Below, piece by piece: positions 38,180 to 51,803 of a stretch of DNA of 64,000 bases. Position numbers and translations under genes: made by a program. Within the stretch, counting starts at the first letter, position 1. The number at the start of each line of letters is the position of its first letter. The DNA is from Lingula anatina (Eukaryota > Animalia > Brachiopoda): assembly GCA_051362555.1 (NCBI GenBank), contig CM120640.1:6696001-6760000 (forward strand), in the 5' to 3' direction. Below the pieces are notes generated by a model. The model did no database searches and was not told where the DNA came from. It saw nothing but the letters and a program-made list of their open reading frames with translations.

Positions 38180-41100
38180 ATGGCTGCCCTGGAGGAGGAG
38201 GATATCTTGGATGACGAGCACTTGCATTCAGTCCTTTCTTTCCCACCTGAAGTCCAAGAAGCAATTGAACAGGTAAGCATTTAATTAACTGAGTACTATG
38301 AATAGAAATATGAATATTTTGTATTGTGTTGTCTTAAGCTTATAGGCAGGTTATTTATTTTTTTGCCCCCCCCCCTCCCCGGCCCCCATCTCTATCACAG
38401 CCCACCGGCATTGTAGCTGCTTCCAATAGTGGGGCAGTAATAGGCAAGGGGGAGGGTTATCTGTCCATGTAAGCTTAACATTATATTGCATTGTATTCCA
38501 TACATTAAGAATAAAGATATATAACGATTGAGGCTTACCATGTCCACGTATAGGCGAGTGACAAGAGTGCAGTGCTAGAATGCTGACAGACCTCCTCAAC
38601 ATGATACATTTAACATTCAAGTACATACACCTCCAACTTCCTCACACAGTGATGCACTTACACACACACACGCACACACACACACACAGCATCAAATGTG
38701 TATTGGCTATGAAAATACAGTCTGTACATGTATCTTAAGTTTTCCTTACACTTGTTTAACAAATTATGGATAGGAACCTACTCCTCACCAACTTTTTTAT
38801 TTTCCAAAAAAACAATTTGTGTGTAACTATATTCGTTATACATCTTTGCTTATTGTTTAGACTGCCATTTGATTTATTAAAAAAAATTACTAATAAAAAA
38901 ATTTATCATATTTCTAACAGGTGCTCCCAAGTACAGACCCACTAGATCGTCCAGACTTTAATCCAGTAGAGTATATCAATACATTATTCCCTACTGAGCA
39001 GTCTTTGGCAAATATTGATGATGTGGTAGGCAGGATTCACTTGAAAATTCGGTATGTCCAGTCTGTTTTTTTTTTTCATAAGTATATATTGAGCAAGATT
39101 AGTGGAAATATCTGTTGTTACAGTAATTGTGTTTGAATTATAATGTATAATTGTATAATGTATATTCATACAATGTTATTTTGTATATTTCTCATCATTA
39201 TCATTGGCTGTCATTCAGTAAGAGACTAAACATGTTAAGCACTGCGTAGTTGATGTTTTCAAATAATAATAATAAACACATTTAGCACTGAAATGTTTTA
39301 TAGTTGCATTTACATGGTCTTTACACCTTTAATTTTACATAAATGTTTACACTTTATAGAAAGATAAGTAAACAAATAAAAAAATATTTATGCATATCAC
39401 AAAATAAGTTTATCTTGTCCTGATAGAAAATATTTTTATTCTGTGTGTAGGAAACTCGATGATGAAATAAGGACTGTGGTCAGAGGACAGACAAATGTGG
39501 GAGAAGATGGTCGCCAGGCACTGGAAGAAGCACAAAAGGCAATACAGCAGCTCTTTGCCAAAATCAAAGATATCAAAGATAAAGCTGAAAAGTCTGAGGA
39601 AATGGTGAGGACATAAAAAATTTACTGCTAATCTTGTTTAAATAACATACATTTTAAGGCATGTGTTTAATTACAATTCTTAAATGAAATATTTAGATTA
39701 ATATGTATATAAATTATTTTTAATTGGATTTGAAACTTAATGAGTTTAATAGATTGCTTAAAAAGATCACCTTTGTACAGACATGTTTTCTTAGGATATT
39801 GTAATTTGTGTTTTAAATTTATATCAGTGACATATTCCTCTTCTGATGTTAAAAAAACTTAGGTCAAGGAGATCACAAGAGACATCAAGACTTTGGACCA
39901 TGCTAAAAGACACCTGACCAGCTCTATCACCACTCTCAACCATTTACATATGTTGGTAGGAGGAGTTGATGCTCTGAGGTAAGCAGTCAGCTATTATTTT
40001 TTAACAGACTGTTCTTCTGTTTGTATGTACATTGTTTGATAAATGGATTGATGTATTGTGACATTCAGGTGTCTTCGTTGTATTTTTTTTGGTCTTTCTA
40101 CTGTTTCATGATCTATGATTAAAATCAAATTTTTCTCTATGGATGTATTTCTTCTCATTAGCAATTTGATAAGAAGGCGTCAGTATGGAGAGGTGGCAAA
40201 TCTACTGCAAGGAGTACAGAATGTACTGGAGCATTTCCACAAATATAACAACATTCCTCAAATAAAACAACTTGCTGATAGGTAAGATCAAATTGCCATG
40301 AGAATTTTATATGAGACAACAATAAGTAACAGTTATGTTTAATTTTTTGCCAATTGTTTTGAATGGATTAATCAAGATATCAAAAAATTGTATATATACT
40401 GCTCCTATTAAGCTCAAACCATTATTTATGAAATTAAAGCTTCACATTTTTATACTGTTTAGCATGTGCTGCTTTTCAGTAGTCTAAAATGCACATACTA
40501 ATATAATATTTCAGTGTAAAGCAGCTGCAGGCAGAAGCTGGACAACAGATCATCCAAGATTTTGAGGAATCTTTTCAGGGACCAGCTGCTAAGGTAAGTC
40601 AAGTTGGTTTGAGCAATCCAATGGGTTGATTTATACATTTTTAATTATGTCATGATAAGGGTAATTACATGTTCACTTATTTATTAGTTCAAATAATTTG
40701 TATTCTGAGGAATATTGACTAACATATTTGTTATGTTCACCTCTTTTATCTCTTTATTCACAGTATGGCCCAACAAACCAGAACATGCTAGCAGAGGCAT
40801 GCTATGTTGTAGACGTCTTGGACCCTAGAGTGAAAAGGGATTTACTCAGCTGGTTTGTCAAAATTCAACTTTCTGAATATCTGGTGCTTTTTGGAGAAAG
40901 TCAAGATGTAAGTTTATTTATTTAATGTTATATGATATAGAGTTTTATATTATAGTGTATTCCATGTTATTTTTTTAGGCTTTATATCTTTTAGGGACAA
41001 AGCTGCATGTGTTACTGGTATTTTGAAAAACAAAGCTGGCGAGTTGAATGTTTTATTTAGATATATAGATAGCAATCTTAATATATGAGATATTTCTAAT

Positions 41101-42591
41101 GTTTCAGGTTGCTTGGTTAGACAAAATAGACAGAAGATATGCCTGGATAAAAAGAACTCTTGTAGAATTTGAAGAAAAGTTTGGAAGACTGTTCCCAGTT
41201 TCTTGGGATGTCAGTGAAAGAATAGTTGTGGAATTTTGTGAAATAACAAGGTATGCTCTCCATTTTCAGACAGTGTTTGAATCTGAAACTTATCAAGACA
41301 TTTCATTTCTGTGTTTGGGATTATAAAATGAATGAACAATTAAAAAATTTCCATCCCTACTGTGCATACATAATTTTAATACCTCAGTGGAAATAAACTT
41401 ATTTTAAACTTTGTCATTTTTTTGTTGCAGGAAGGAGTTGTCAAAAATAATGGCCAGAAGAGTGACTGATATAGATGTTAAATTACTTTTGTTTGCCATT
41501 CAAAGAACAACCAATTTTGAGGCTTTGTTGGCCAAAAGATTTTCTGGGTCTACTATAACTGGTGAAAAGGTATGATGCTGTGATTTAATAATCTTGTATA
41601 AATATTTCTATGAAATATTATTTGTGATACTATAATGTTACATAATATAGACTAAGATTATAAACTAAATATCAACTAATTATATAGGAAACATGTGGAT
41701 ATGTCTGTTTTAAAAATTCATTAAGAATATAGGTTGTTTTCGACACATTATTATTTTAATCGATGATGCTCATTGCTTTGGTTTAGACTAAGCCAGTAAC
41801 TGAGGCTACAGCACCAGTGGCCAGTAACCCATTCGAGGAATCGACCAATCCATTTGAAACAGATGATAGTGACACAGGAACAACAGAAGCCAACCCTCCC
41901 TCCTCCCAGCCTGCTAAACCCCAGCAGTCACCTTTCTTTGGGATCATAGCCAAGTGCTTTGAACCTCATTTGAATATTTATATTGAATCACAAGACAAGT
42001 GAGTGAATTGGTTGCATGTCATTTGTGAACACATTTATGTCAAATACTGTGTATCTGAAATGTTTATGAAAATACTGGCTCAACAGAATCTTGCCTCTTT
42101 GTATGTCTAAGCCCTCCATTGCTTTTTTACTGCAAGCTTTTTCCACCAGTTCTTTAAATACATTTTTTAAACATCAAAGATGCCCCAGTTCTCTAGCTGT
42201 ATCAAACAGAAATGTAATGTCATGGTTATCTTTTTTATGTCCTTTAGAAACTTAGCAGAACTTATGGAGAGGTTCCAACAGGACTTTAAGCAGAATGGCA
42301 TCCCTAAAGTTGAGACTGATGAAAGCAGCATTATTCTCCCCAGCTGTGCAGATCTGTTTGTCTACTACAAGAAATGTATGGTGCAGTGTTCTCAGCTCAG
42401 CACAGGACTTCCCATGCTAGGGCTCACAAAGACATTCCAAAAATACTTGAAAGAATATTCACAGAAAATTTTGATGAACAATTTACCCAAGTATGTGAAA
42501 TTTTATTCTTCAATCTAAAATACCTTTGCATTAAAGGTTGTTTTTTTAAAAATAATTTAAATATTTTAGAATGGCAGAAATTTATGTTTAT

Positions 42592-42649
<58 letters not shown>

Positions 42650-45291
42650 GAATATGTGATAGGCATTGCTGTATTTGTCCATCTGCAGTAAAAATGTACA
42701 GTTAGATGAAGATAAACTGTGTTCTTTTATTCCAGAATTTCTAGTCAAAGTAGTATAACATCAGCCAGTGGCTTAATTCAGAGTATACTGAAGGAGGGAG
42801 AGGTCACTAAATTTACCCCTGCAGAGCAGTGTGTAGTCTGCAGTATACTGTGTACTGCAGAATACTGCATGGAGACCACACAGCAGTTGGAGGAGAAACT
42901 CCAAGAGAAAGTGGAACCCTCACTCTCTAGCAAGATAGGACTTGGTGCCGAGCAGGATATGTTTCATAAGTATGCCCTGTTTAAAAATTAACTTTCTGTT
43001 CCCCTTCCTTAGTATTCGGCACAGCTGACTTTTACTAGTATTCACCTACATCAGAAAGTAGAGGTTTGAAGGGGTAGATGCATGCAAAATAGTCTTTAAA
43101 ACTGAAAATTTATATATGTATGAACTTTTCATGGTATTGGAACTCCAAAACCAGGGATATCTGCAAATTGCTAATCCTGCCACTGCGTATAATCTGAGAT
43201 GCTTAGGTTGTAGTAAATGCATGAAGTGGTCCTAAAATTTTTGCATATTATTTCAAAGTATTCTTCTTTGCAGTGTTATAGTTCACTGTATACAACTACT
43301 TGTCCAAGATTTAGAAGGTGCCTGTGAACCAGCCCTTGTTGCCATGAGCAAGGTTTGTAAAGGAGCATACATATGCCTTCCACATTAATATCTTGTCTGT
43401 TAACTATTAAGATCTATACAAGTCTAAAGAACAAATTGCCTAAATGTCTTTTCAATTTTTATATATGATTTGATATTTACAAACCAGAGTTAGTGAATGT
43501 TTGGTGTAAAATACTAATTCAGGTGGCACAGAAGACTGTTTGTTGTAGACACCAGAGAGGTTAATTCACAAATGCACCAGCGTTAGTGAAGATATATATA
43601 TGTTTAGTTCACAATATTGCCTCCAGATGGCGTGGCAGACAGTGGATGCTGTAGGAGACCAGAGTGGCTATGTGACAAGCATTACATCACACCTTAAACA
43701 AAACCTTCCCAATATACGAGACAACCTGGCTGGCTCCAGGAAATACTACACACAGTTCTGCATCAAATTTGCCAAGTAAGTTGCTTCATTATGGTAACTG
43801 TTTGTTTTTGCACTGATATGTTCAGTAAGGAGTTACAATCACATCTACATCTATGTCTGTGTGAGATAGTGAGTGTTTTATTGCAAAATGCTCTGAGATT
43901 GAAGTAAAATTTCTTAACTGGTATATTTTTTATTACAGCTCCTTCATTCCAAGGTTCATAAATAACCTATTTAAGTGTAAGCCAATAAGCACAGTAGGGG
44001 CAGAGCAGGTGAGATAATGATCAGTATTTCACTTGTACTACATTAAATTGTATCAGTGATGTGGCTTTTAAATCAGACTGAAGGAATAACTATAAAACTG
44101 TCCTAAGAACCCACACATTCTATTTTTCTTTTGTTTTTGGTTTTCAAGAAAACTCACACGTGGATTTAGAAACTAACAATTTTTACAATTTGTCTATTGT
44201 AGCTCCTATTGGATACCCACTCTTTGAAGACCGTACTTCAGGATTTACCTTCTTTAGGTTCCCAGGTCTTGAGAAAAGCACCTGCCAGGTAGGCCTAGTT
44301 CTAGAAGTGCATATTTTGTCAGTGTATGAGAATAGTAATATGCCATTGTGAACAAGATTACCTATTTGTTTCTGTCTTCAACAATTTTTTTGAGTTTCTG
44401 TTTCAATATGAAAAATATGAAATAGTTGATTTTGTATAATGTATATATAGTCTTTATATGACTGTGAATACATTGTTACAGTTATGAATTATTATCATTT
44501 CAGCTATACAAAGATCGTAGTAAAAGGTATGACAAGGGCAGAAATGCTTCTTAAGGTGAGTTTTATTTTGGCATATTGTCATAATGTTATTTATAATATC
44601 ATTATTGAAAGGTAAATAGGTGCAATAAAACTGTACAGTATCAAGTTGAAAAATTATCTTTTTAACTTTTAAATCAGAAATGCTGGAATTATAACATCTT
44701 GGGATTTTTCAAGATAGCAATGCCTGCTGTTACATATTTCCTTTAAGTATTATTTATGCCATTTAAATGTGGGCAGTATGTTGGCCCTCACCTCTACAAA
44801 ATGTCTAGACGGGTGTCAACATAATTAATTTTCCGCAGGTTGTAATGTCTCCCCATGATCCACCACAAGGATTTGTAGACAATTACATCAAACTTCTGGT
44901 AGATACAGATGCCAATGAACTACAGAAAATATTGGAGATGAAGGTAATGTTCTGGATATATCAGCCATAAGCCTTTATTTACATTTTATTTTGTGTAATT
45001 TATGCAGAAATTGGTGAACTGTTGGCTGCTTCATTAATGAGGGATTAAGTGAAAGATTTGAGGTAGTTAACCATTAAATGGCATGTTTAATACAAGTACT
45101 TTTTTTTGTAGGGTCTTCGGAGGAGTGAACAGAACACAATGTTAGAAATGTACAAAGCTCGACGCCCTGCACCCTCTGCTGTTCACACGGGCGAACCCAC
45201 AGCATCCCATCATGCAACCACCCCTGCTACACCAGAACAAGAAGTGAGCAGGATAAGAAAGTTAGAGAAGTTGATCAAGAAGAGACTATGA
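38180..45291 (+). CDS. VPS53: Vacuolar protein sorting-associated protein 53 (GARP/EARP subunit)
   Basis: Motifs: [11 protein letters not shown]|[101 protein letters not shown] and [13 protein letters not shown]. Ends [14 protein letters not shown]. About 19 GT-AG exons. Confidence 0.96.
42594..42644. repeat. (GT)n microsatellite
   Basis: About 25 GT units in a VPS53 intron. Confidence 0.95.
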
Positions 45292-47333
45292 TAACAGTTA
45301 ATGCCTGATGATTTATTTTTTATGGATTAAGGGTTCCTAATTGGCAGAAGTATAGGATACTTTTGTGATATGTGATAAATACTTTGAGGTAAAGGAATTT
45401 TTTCAATCGAAAATCTTTGCGACAGTGTATGCATTTAATTGAGTTTTAAATTATTTAAGTGGCATACAAGTGCTGGAAGTTTCAAATTAAAATTCCAAAG
45501 TTGCATTTTAATTTTCTAACAAGGCCACGGTTTCAGTGCTTTATATCAGAGCTATACAATACATGAACAAGCTTTTATCAGCATTCCTAACCATTTGTCA
45601 TTAATGTCAGAGGGCTTTATTAGAGGGGTGTGAATTATGTTGCTATTTATTATTAAAGAAGCAAACGGCCAGGTTACATGTTGAATTAAATTTGTACTAC
45701 CCAACAGCCAAGTTGTTGTCTTGTTTCATTTCAAACGATGAATACAAAAGATAGTTCATTGATATTGTACATTGCAATTTCCTACAAAATGTCATATGCT
45801 ACAATGTAAAGGCAACTTCTTCAATTTGTTTCACAAGAAAAGTTGATCTTTGTAAATATTTATTGCATCATTTCCAAACACCTGCACAGAAGAGTGAGCA
45901 TAAACTGCACATAAACTGAGAAAACGCGTTATAATATAAAGATACTGGTACATCACCGATTCACAATATTAGTAATAACACAAAAATATCTGTTTAGCTA
46001 AAATGTAATTAGGTGTTTTAATTAACTATACTTCAAATTGTTAATTACATAGAATATGGTTTTGCTTTGTTAATTCTGCTGACATTGAGCATTTAATATG
46101 GAGTAAAACTGTATGAAAATATCAAGATAAAAGGACTCTGAAAAATAATAGTCCATGACAAGATCAACATTAAGAAACTAAATCTTTAAATATAGTAAAG
46201 ACTGAGGTATACTGTTTTACCTAACTACATATTGAAATGGAAGAACCTGAAATTGCATGCACACCTTTGAATTATTTGACCAGTCGTTTTATTAAATCTA
46301 CTTATGGCACAAAGATTGCTTTATGATTTCTTTGAAAATTCAGTCTTATTCATCAAAAGGCCATTACTTTGGATTTTGTCATAAAAAAAGTTTGTCCAGA
46401 TGTCCTCAACAATTTTCTCGTACTTTGCTAACCATAACTGATAAAATTCTGAAGGTTTCACTGTTATTGAAAATGAGCAGTTATCTCATTATATGCACAC
46501 TTTGCATATAATGGAGAAATCCCTATCATGGATATGTCAGTATATAAAAGAAAGTGCAGTTCACATGTTATATGAGAAGGAGAAAGGGTGAAAAAGAGTC
46601 TCCAGCATTCTCTCATGTTTATAAGGACTAATCTATCCACATAGTTGTCAACAAGTCCCCTGGGAGGTGTCCTGCATCACCAAATGTCAGCAAAGTCACT
46701 TGACCCGTAGGTTTTATCATGATCCAGGTGAGAGAACAGTTGTGTGGCATCATTCTAAACCAGACTTCTGGAGGAAGCTGCAAGGCTCTGAAACACATAC
46801 ATTCCATCAGTCATTCTTATCCACTGCTTACTTGACTGCCATCATAAGCAGGGGAATATATGGCAGAATGGATGATTTTCAAAGTGTTCATAAAAAGTCC
46901 TCGATTTCTTGGTTTTCACACTCATGTCGGTTGATATTTTCTAGGCTATTATTAAAGAGAGAGTTTTAGTATCCAGCTGTGATTTGTGTGCATTTGAAAA
47001 TGTTACCCTTACTTCATATTCTCTTGTCATTCTCCAGCACCTAGTTTTAGTAGCACCAATATAAATATCTTTAAAAGGAATGTCTTAAATTAAAATAAAT
47101 TTATAGTAATTGCTATTTTACTCTCAATATCTGTTCTATTTCATCAGTTCAACATGTCCCATCCTTTCTTTATCTAGTTGAAATATCTTAAAATGGCCAA
47201 TCACGTCTGAAAATTGTAATTCCTGTCATTAGTCAATCACAAAAATATATAACAAAACCTCCTGTAAAAACTTTTCCAAAGCTTGACTTGATGAAATAAA
47301 TCATCTTCCTATGCACTAAAATCAAGAGTATAA

Positions 47334-50300
47334 TCAAACATTTATGTAGTCATTCTTCTTTATAAACTGCTCCTTTTGCAGCTCTTTAAAATAATAATCT
47401 TCCCAGCCCACTAGTTTGTCAGGAGGAAGATGGCTGTATTCCCCTATGGTCAGTGCTGTGACCTGACCAGTGGGTTTTATCATGATATGGGTCATGCTGC
47501 AGTGGTGGACCCTGAACCTCAGCCATACTTCTGGGGGCAACTGCAAAGCCCTAGAATAACATTCAACAATTCACAAGTGTAGTGTTGTGTAATCAGAACT
47601 AATATAATTTTCAGGTTGACATTTCATCATGTTATTGAATATGCAGGACTACCTATATACATTTATCTCTTAAAGTGTAACTGATTCAGTGATTTGCAAA
47701 GAATCCAACATGGAAAAATCCAATGCTCACTGGGTCTAAACAAATTATATTTGAAATCACAATTTCAAAAGGCACAGATATTTACTCTGCAACTTGATAT
47801 GAAGCACTCCAACTCCGAGGTTTTAAACTAAATCAGTGGTAATTACACACCTGCAGGTCAAATATCTAATGACATTAGCATGACACACTAGTATTTCATA
47901 ACTATCTTCCTTCTGACTTGGGTCTGCTCTATGGAAGTAGTGTCTAAATGCAGCTTCTATTCTTGCTCCCTCTTGATAATACTAAAAACAATCAGAAAAG
48001 TTGGTACAAAAAGAAAAGGTATTTCTGAAGAGACAAAATTTGTTTAACTTGTGCAGCATGACATTTTACTTATTTTTTGTATTCTTTTTTGTAGCATCTG
48101 TACACAAGATGAAAACTTCCAATGAACCAGGAAGCATAACTCAAAAAGGCTAAGATAGACGTAATTTAAGCTTTAAAATAAAAATTTGCACAAAATAAAC
48201 TTACAAAACACTAATTTAAAGAAAATCTAAAATTATCCCATTCTTGGAAGTACTAGCGACATAAGTACAATTTTTTTTTTAATATCTTAATCAAACTTAT
48301 GTCATTGGCTCACCAGATGATCAGCTTTCCAGTAGCCAAAAGCTGGTTCTGGCGGAACAGTTCCACCTTCACGCAGGAGGTCACAGCTTTTGACGGGAAG
48401 GTTGGGATCTAGATGCTTCAGTATTATCTGAGCTGTCTCTGTGGCCCGCTTCATGGTTGAATACACCAGGGATGTATATGGAAGATTCAGAGATTTCAAG
48501 CGCTTGCCAGTAAACTCTGCTTGTTCCCTACCTATACAAGAGGAAATGAAAGATATGCAAAAACACTTTTACCAATTGTCACTTCCCATTTCTTGCAATA
48601 AAAAACCAAGCCTTACCTAGTTAATCATTTTTACATATATCATCACAGAACTAGAGGATCAGAGAGGCGATACCGCCTCCGAATATTGTACCACCAGCTG
48701 GAGCAAGCGCATTCGTATAGACCCCCACATACACAAAATAAGGGACACAGCCACCAGTCTTGTGCTTTACAAGCTGTAAAAATGCAATCAACAAGAATTT
48801 TCAAAATATGCAAAAAATATATATAACTAAAAATGGTACAATCAAATTTAAGTTCATCGTAAGGTAGGTCAAAGGTCAATTTCAAGGTCACAGCAAATTG
48901 CCAGTATATGACTTCCTATTCAAGTTCAATAGTAACTATGGACCTATCTCTGCCAGGTTTGGAGTTAAAAGAGAAAGAAATTAGCAGAGTTCAGTTCATG
49001 ATAATAAGTAGGCCAAAGGTCAATTTCAAGGTCACACTTAGATTGCCAGTATATTACTCCCTATTTAAGTTCAATAGTAACTATGGACCTATCTCGCTAG
49101 TTTTGGAGATAAAAGGGAACCAAAATTTGCAAAGTTCAGTTCATGGTGAAAAGTAGGTCAAAGGTAAATTTTAAGGTCACAATAAATTGCTTCTAATGAC
49201 TTTCTATTCAAATTCAATAGCAACTATGGGCGTATCGCTGCCAGTTTTGGAGATAAAAGGGAACCAAAATTTGCAAAGTTCAACTCATGGTGAAAAGTAG
49301 GTCAAAGGTCAATTTCAAGGTCACATTTAGATTGCCAGTATATGACTTCCTATTCAAGTTCAATAGTAACTATGGACCTATCTCTGCCAGTTTTGGAGAT
49401 AAAAGGGAAGCAAAATTTGCAAAGTTCAGTTCATGGTGAAAAGTAGGTCAAAGGTCAATTTCAAGGTCACAGTAAGATTGCCAGTATATGACTTCCTATT
49501 CAACTTCAATAGTAACTATGGACCTATCTCTGCCAGTTTTGGAGATATAAGGGACTGAATGTTATAATTTTGGGGTTACCATAATGTGCCATAAATTTCC
49601 TACAGAAAAAATTAATTAAAATAAAGAAAAGGTCATTTTGGTCAAAATTCTTGAAATGGGAGGTGCTCTGAAGTTCCCGAAGTTCAAATTTGATGAAATA
49701 ATGTCATTTTTGACCACAAGGTGTCTGCTTTGCCAAGCCTTATGTTTTATTTTTCGGGAGTTCAAAATTTATTATCCATTACCGTACTGCACATTTTGCT
49801 TTCACCACCAATATGTACTTTTTGATACAGCGTAACTCGAAAACCGTATGGAATACAAAAAAACGGAGACCACCTCCAGTGTTGGGCTTTACATGCTCTA
49901 CAAAATGCAAAAAAGAATGGGTCTCTAGCATTAACGGTTCGCGAATTAGAGACAGTTTTCAGTTTCGGTATCTTATGGCCGCTACTCCTGTGAAAATGCA
50001 CCGATTGACCCCAAATTCACGGAGATGAAAGATGACCTGAAGGGTAACACTTTCCAATAATATTATTGGTTAAGTCTGTGTGGTGTCTGAATAACAGGGC
50101 AAATAATTTTTTTTTTTGTAAAAAAATTCATTTTTTTGAAAATTTTGGCCCGTTTGACCTTGAAATAAAGGTCAAACGGGCCAAATCCAATGGCATATTT
50201 GAAATCTACACATATGACTTTTGGAAAGCCGTCTGTAGAAAATTTTCCCATAATTCCTTCCGTAGGGTAGATAATTAGCATTTAATTTTGCCATTTTTAG

Positions 50301-51803
50301 ACAAGGGTGCATTATAATGAGTGCCACACCTAGACCCCAATACTGACAAAGCTCAATTTTTACGTGGAACGAGTTGAGATTATAGGTGACCTAAATCCAA
50401 GAGATGGGCACGGGGGCCCTTACCGTCTAGGAGGAGAAGCGGTAAAGGTAGCCGTCAGGCGGAGCTGGCGGAACGATCCGGACAATAATCCGGACAAATA
50501 TTGGCGGTACAATAATTGAATGCTGTATATTTTAAATAAATTTGAATGTCTATTCATCAATTCATCAGACCACCAAGTCTAAAGTTCAAAATCAAATTTA
50601 CAATCAAATCTTCAAAAGTAAGCAGGGTGTGCATAAAGTTTACCAACAGAGCTCAGTACTCTTCTTTCTTCCATGTCATCTCTCCTGTTTTGCCCATGTC
50701 TGACAAGGATCAAGTGTCTTGTTGCACCAACTTGGCACTTTTTCTCATTTGCCATTTCACAACCATTATGTGATTGATGTCTGAAACAAGATGGGAGTTA
50801 TCTAGTTAGTAAAATAGTATATTTACCTAATTCTGTGAGCTCTCTCTGCGTGTCATCACACTTGCCCTCGCGGTTAAAGAGGCCATGGCGAATTAGAATG
50901 AGATGTCTGGTAGCAGTTGGTTTCTTTGATGATAATTTGGGCTCAAAAGACCTATCTTGGTCATTGTCAAGTGGACCACCTCCAGTGTCTGGTTCTCGTC
51001 TGAAACAATTTAAATGATAAGAAATGCTTTCAAAATTAAATGATAGATTAATAGATGGTTTGCTAAGTTACATGCAAAATACAGTCCTTGGTAACATACA
51101 TTATACATATGCATATCTGTAACTGGCAGAAAAAATAATTTAAGAAGGTAAGCTTTAAATGATAATTAAGACTGAAAATGAGTTATGGCACAAAAGAAAT
51201 GTGATGGATAAGAGACTTCAGTTTTTGTAGTCAGACAACCCAGGGAAGGCAGAGAGCTAGCTGTAGCTACTGAAATAAAATAAGTAGTTGAATTTTAAAA
51301 CCCAACTTGGTTCACTTGCTGATGAGAACATCATCATCATGCTGGATGACCAAATAGAAACGGTCAAAAAAGGCAGTTATGAGATGACTTTAGATGGAGT
51401 ATTTCACCCCCCCCCACCCCTTCCAAACACACAAATACATGCCCATCTTACAGACCAGGTTCTACATGTACGCACACAGTCTTACTAAGATATCAATCAT
51501 GTTAATATCATCATACGATTTATACCAGAACTCCATTCAAACACATAAGACCCTAAACTACTAAAATGCTGTTCTAAATGTACATGCATAAAGAAAGGAT
51601 AATGTGTTAATGGGAGAACCTAAAAAAACACCTACGTACTTATCCCAGTTATAGTCCCACTTTAGCACAGGCTCCCGGTCTGGACTAGGCAATGTAGAAG
51701 CTGATACGACAGGACTGAGGTATTTACTCCACATCCATCCCCCTGTGATGGCCCCTCCAGCCACGCCCACAGCCTTCAACACCCCCAGGAGCCTCCCTGA
51801 CAT
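47334..51803 (-). CDS. PGAM5: PGAM5-like mitochondrial Ser/Thr/His phosphatase, divergent tandem paralogue (copy B)
   Basis: Five exons: ~51640-51803 (TM segment plus WDYNWD), ~50827-50999 ([11 protein letters not shown]), ~48314-48531 ([15 protein letters not shown]), ~47851-47981 ([24 protein letters not shown]) and 47334-~47550 ([11 protein letters not shown]...PPDK plus an extension). Confidence 0.88.
48649..50515 (-). mobile_element. Helentron-associated non-autonomous element (HINE/DINE-1/pearl-like) with an internal ~145-bp tandem array
   Basis: On the - strand: 5' subterminal IR TATTGTACCGCCA, short simple repeats (GTCCGGAT), five ~145-bp units (anchors at 48867, 49011, 49156, 49300, 49446), 3' subterminal IR TGGTGGTACAATA, hairpin GAGGCG-GTAT-CGCCTC and end CTAGTT. 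No TSD seen. A related 3' end occurs at ~62.0-62.17 kb. Confidence 0.8.
48860..49550. repeat. ~145-bp tandem repeat x5 inside the HINE
   Basis: Unit ...AAGTAGGTCAAAGGTCAATTTCAAGGTCAC..GATTGCCAGTATATGACTTCCTATTCAAGTTCAATAGTAACTATGGACCTATCTC... with spacings of 144, 145, 144 and 146 bp. Confidence 0.92.

Noticed and set aside
42374-42748. ORFs with VCVC or HTHT runs
   Set aside because: These are translations of the (GT)n microsatellite.
45300-47330. Possible extra gene between VPS53 and PGAM5 copy B
   Set aside because: Only short motif-less ORFs are present, consistent with convergent 3'UTRs or intergenic DNA.
48860-49550. Regularly spaced repeats as a possible CRISPR array
   Set aside because: Whole units are homologous, with no unique spacers. 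The context is eukaryotic and there are no cas genes.
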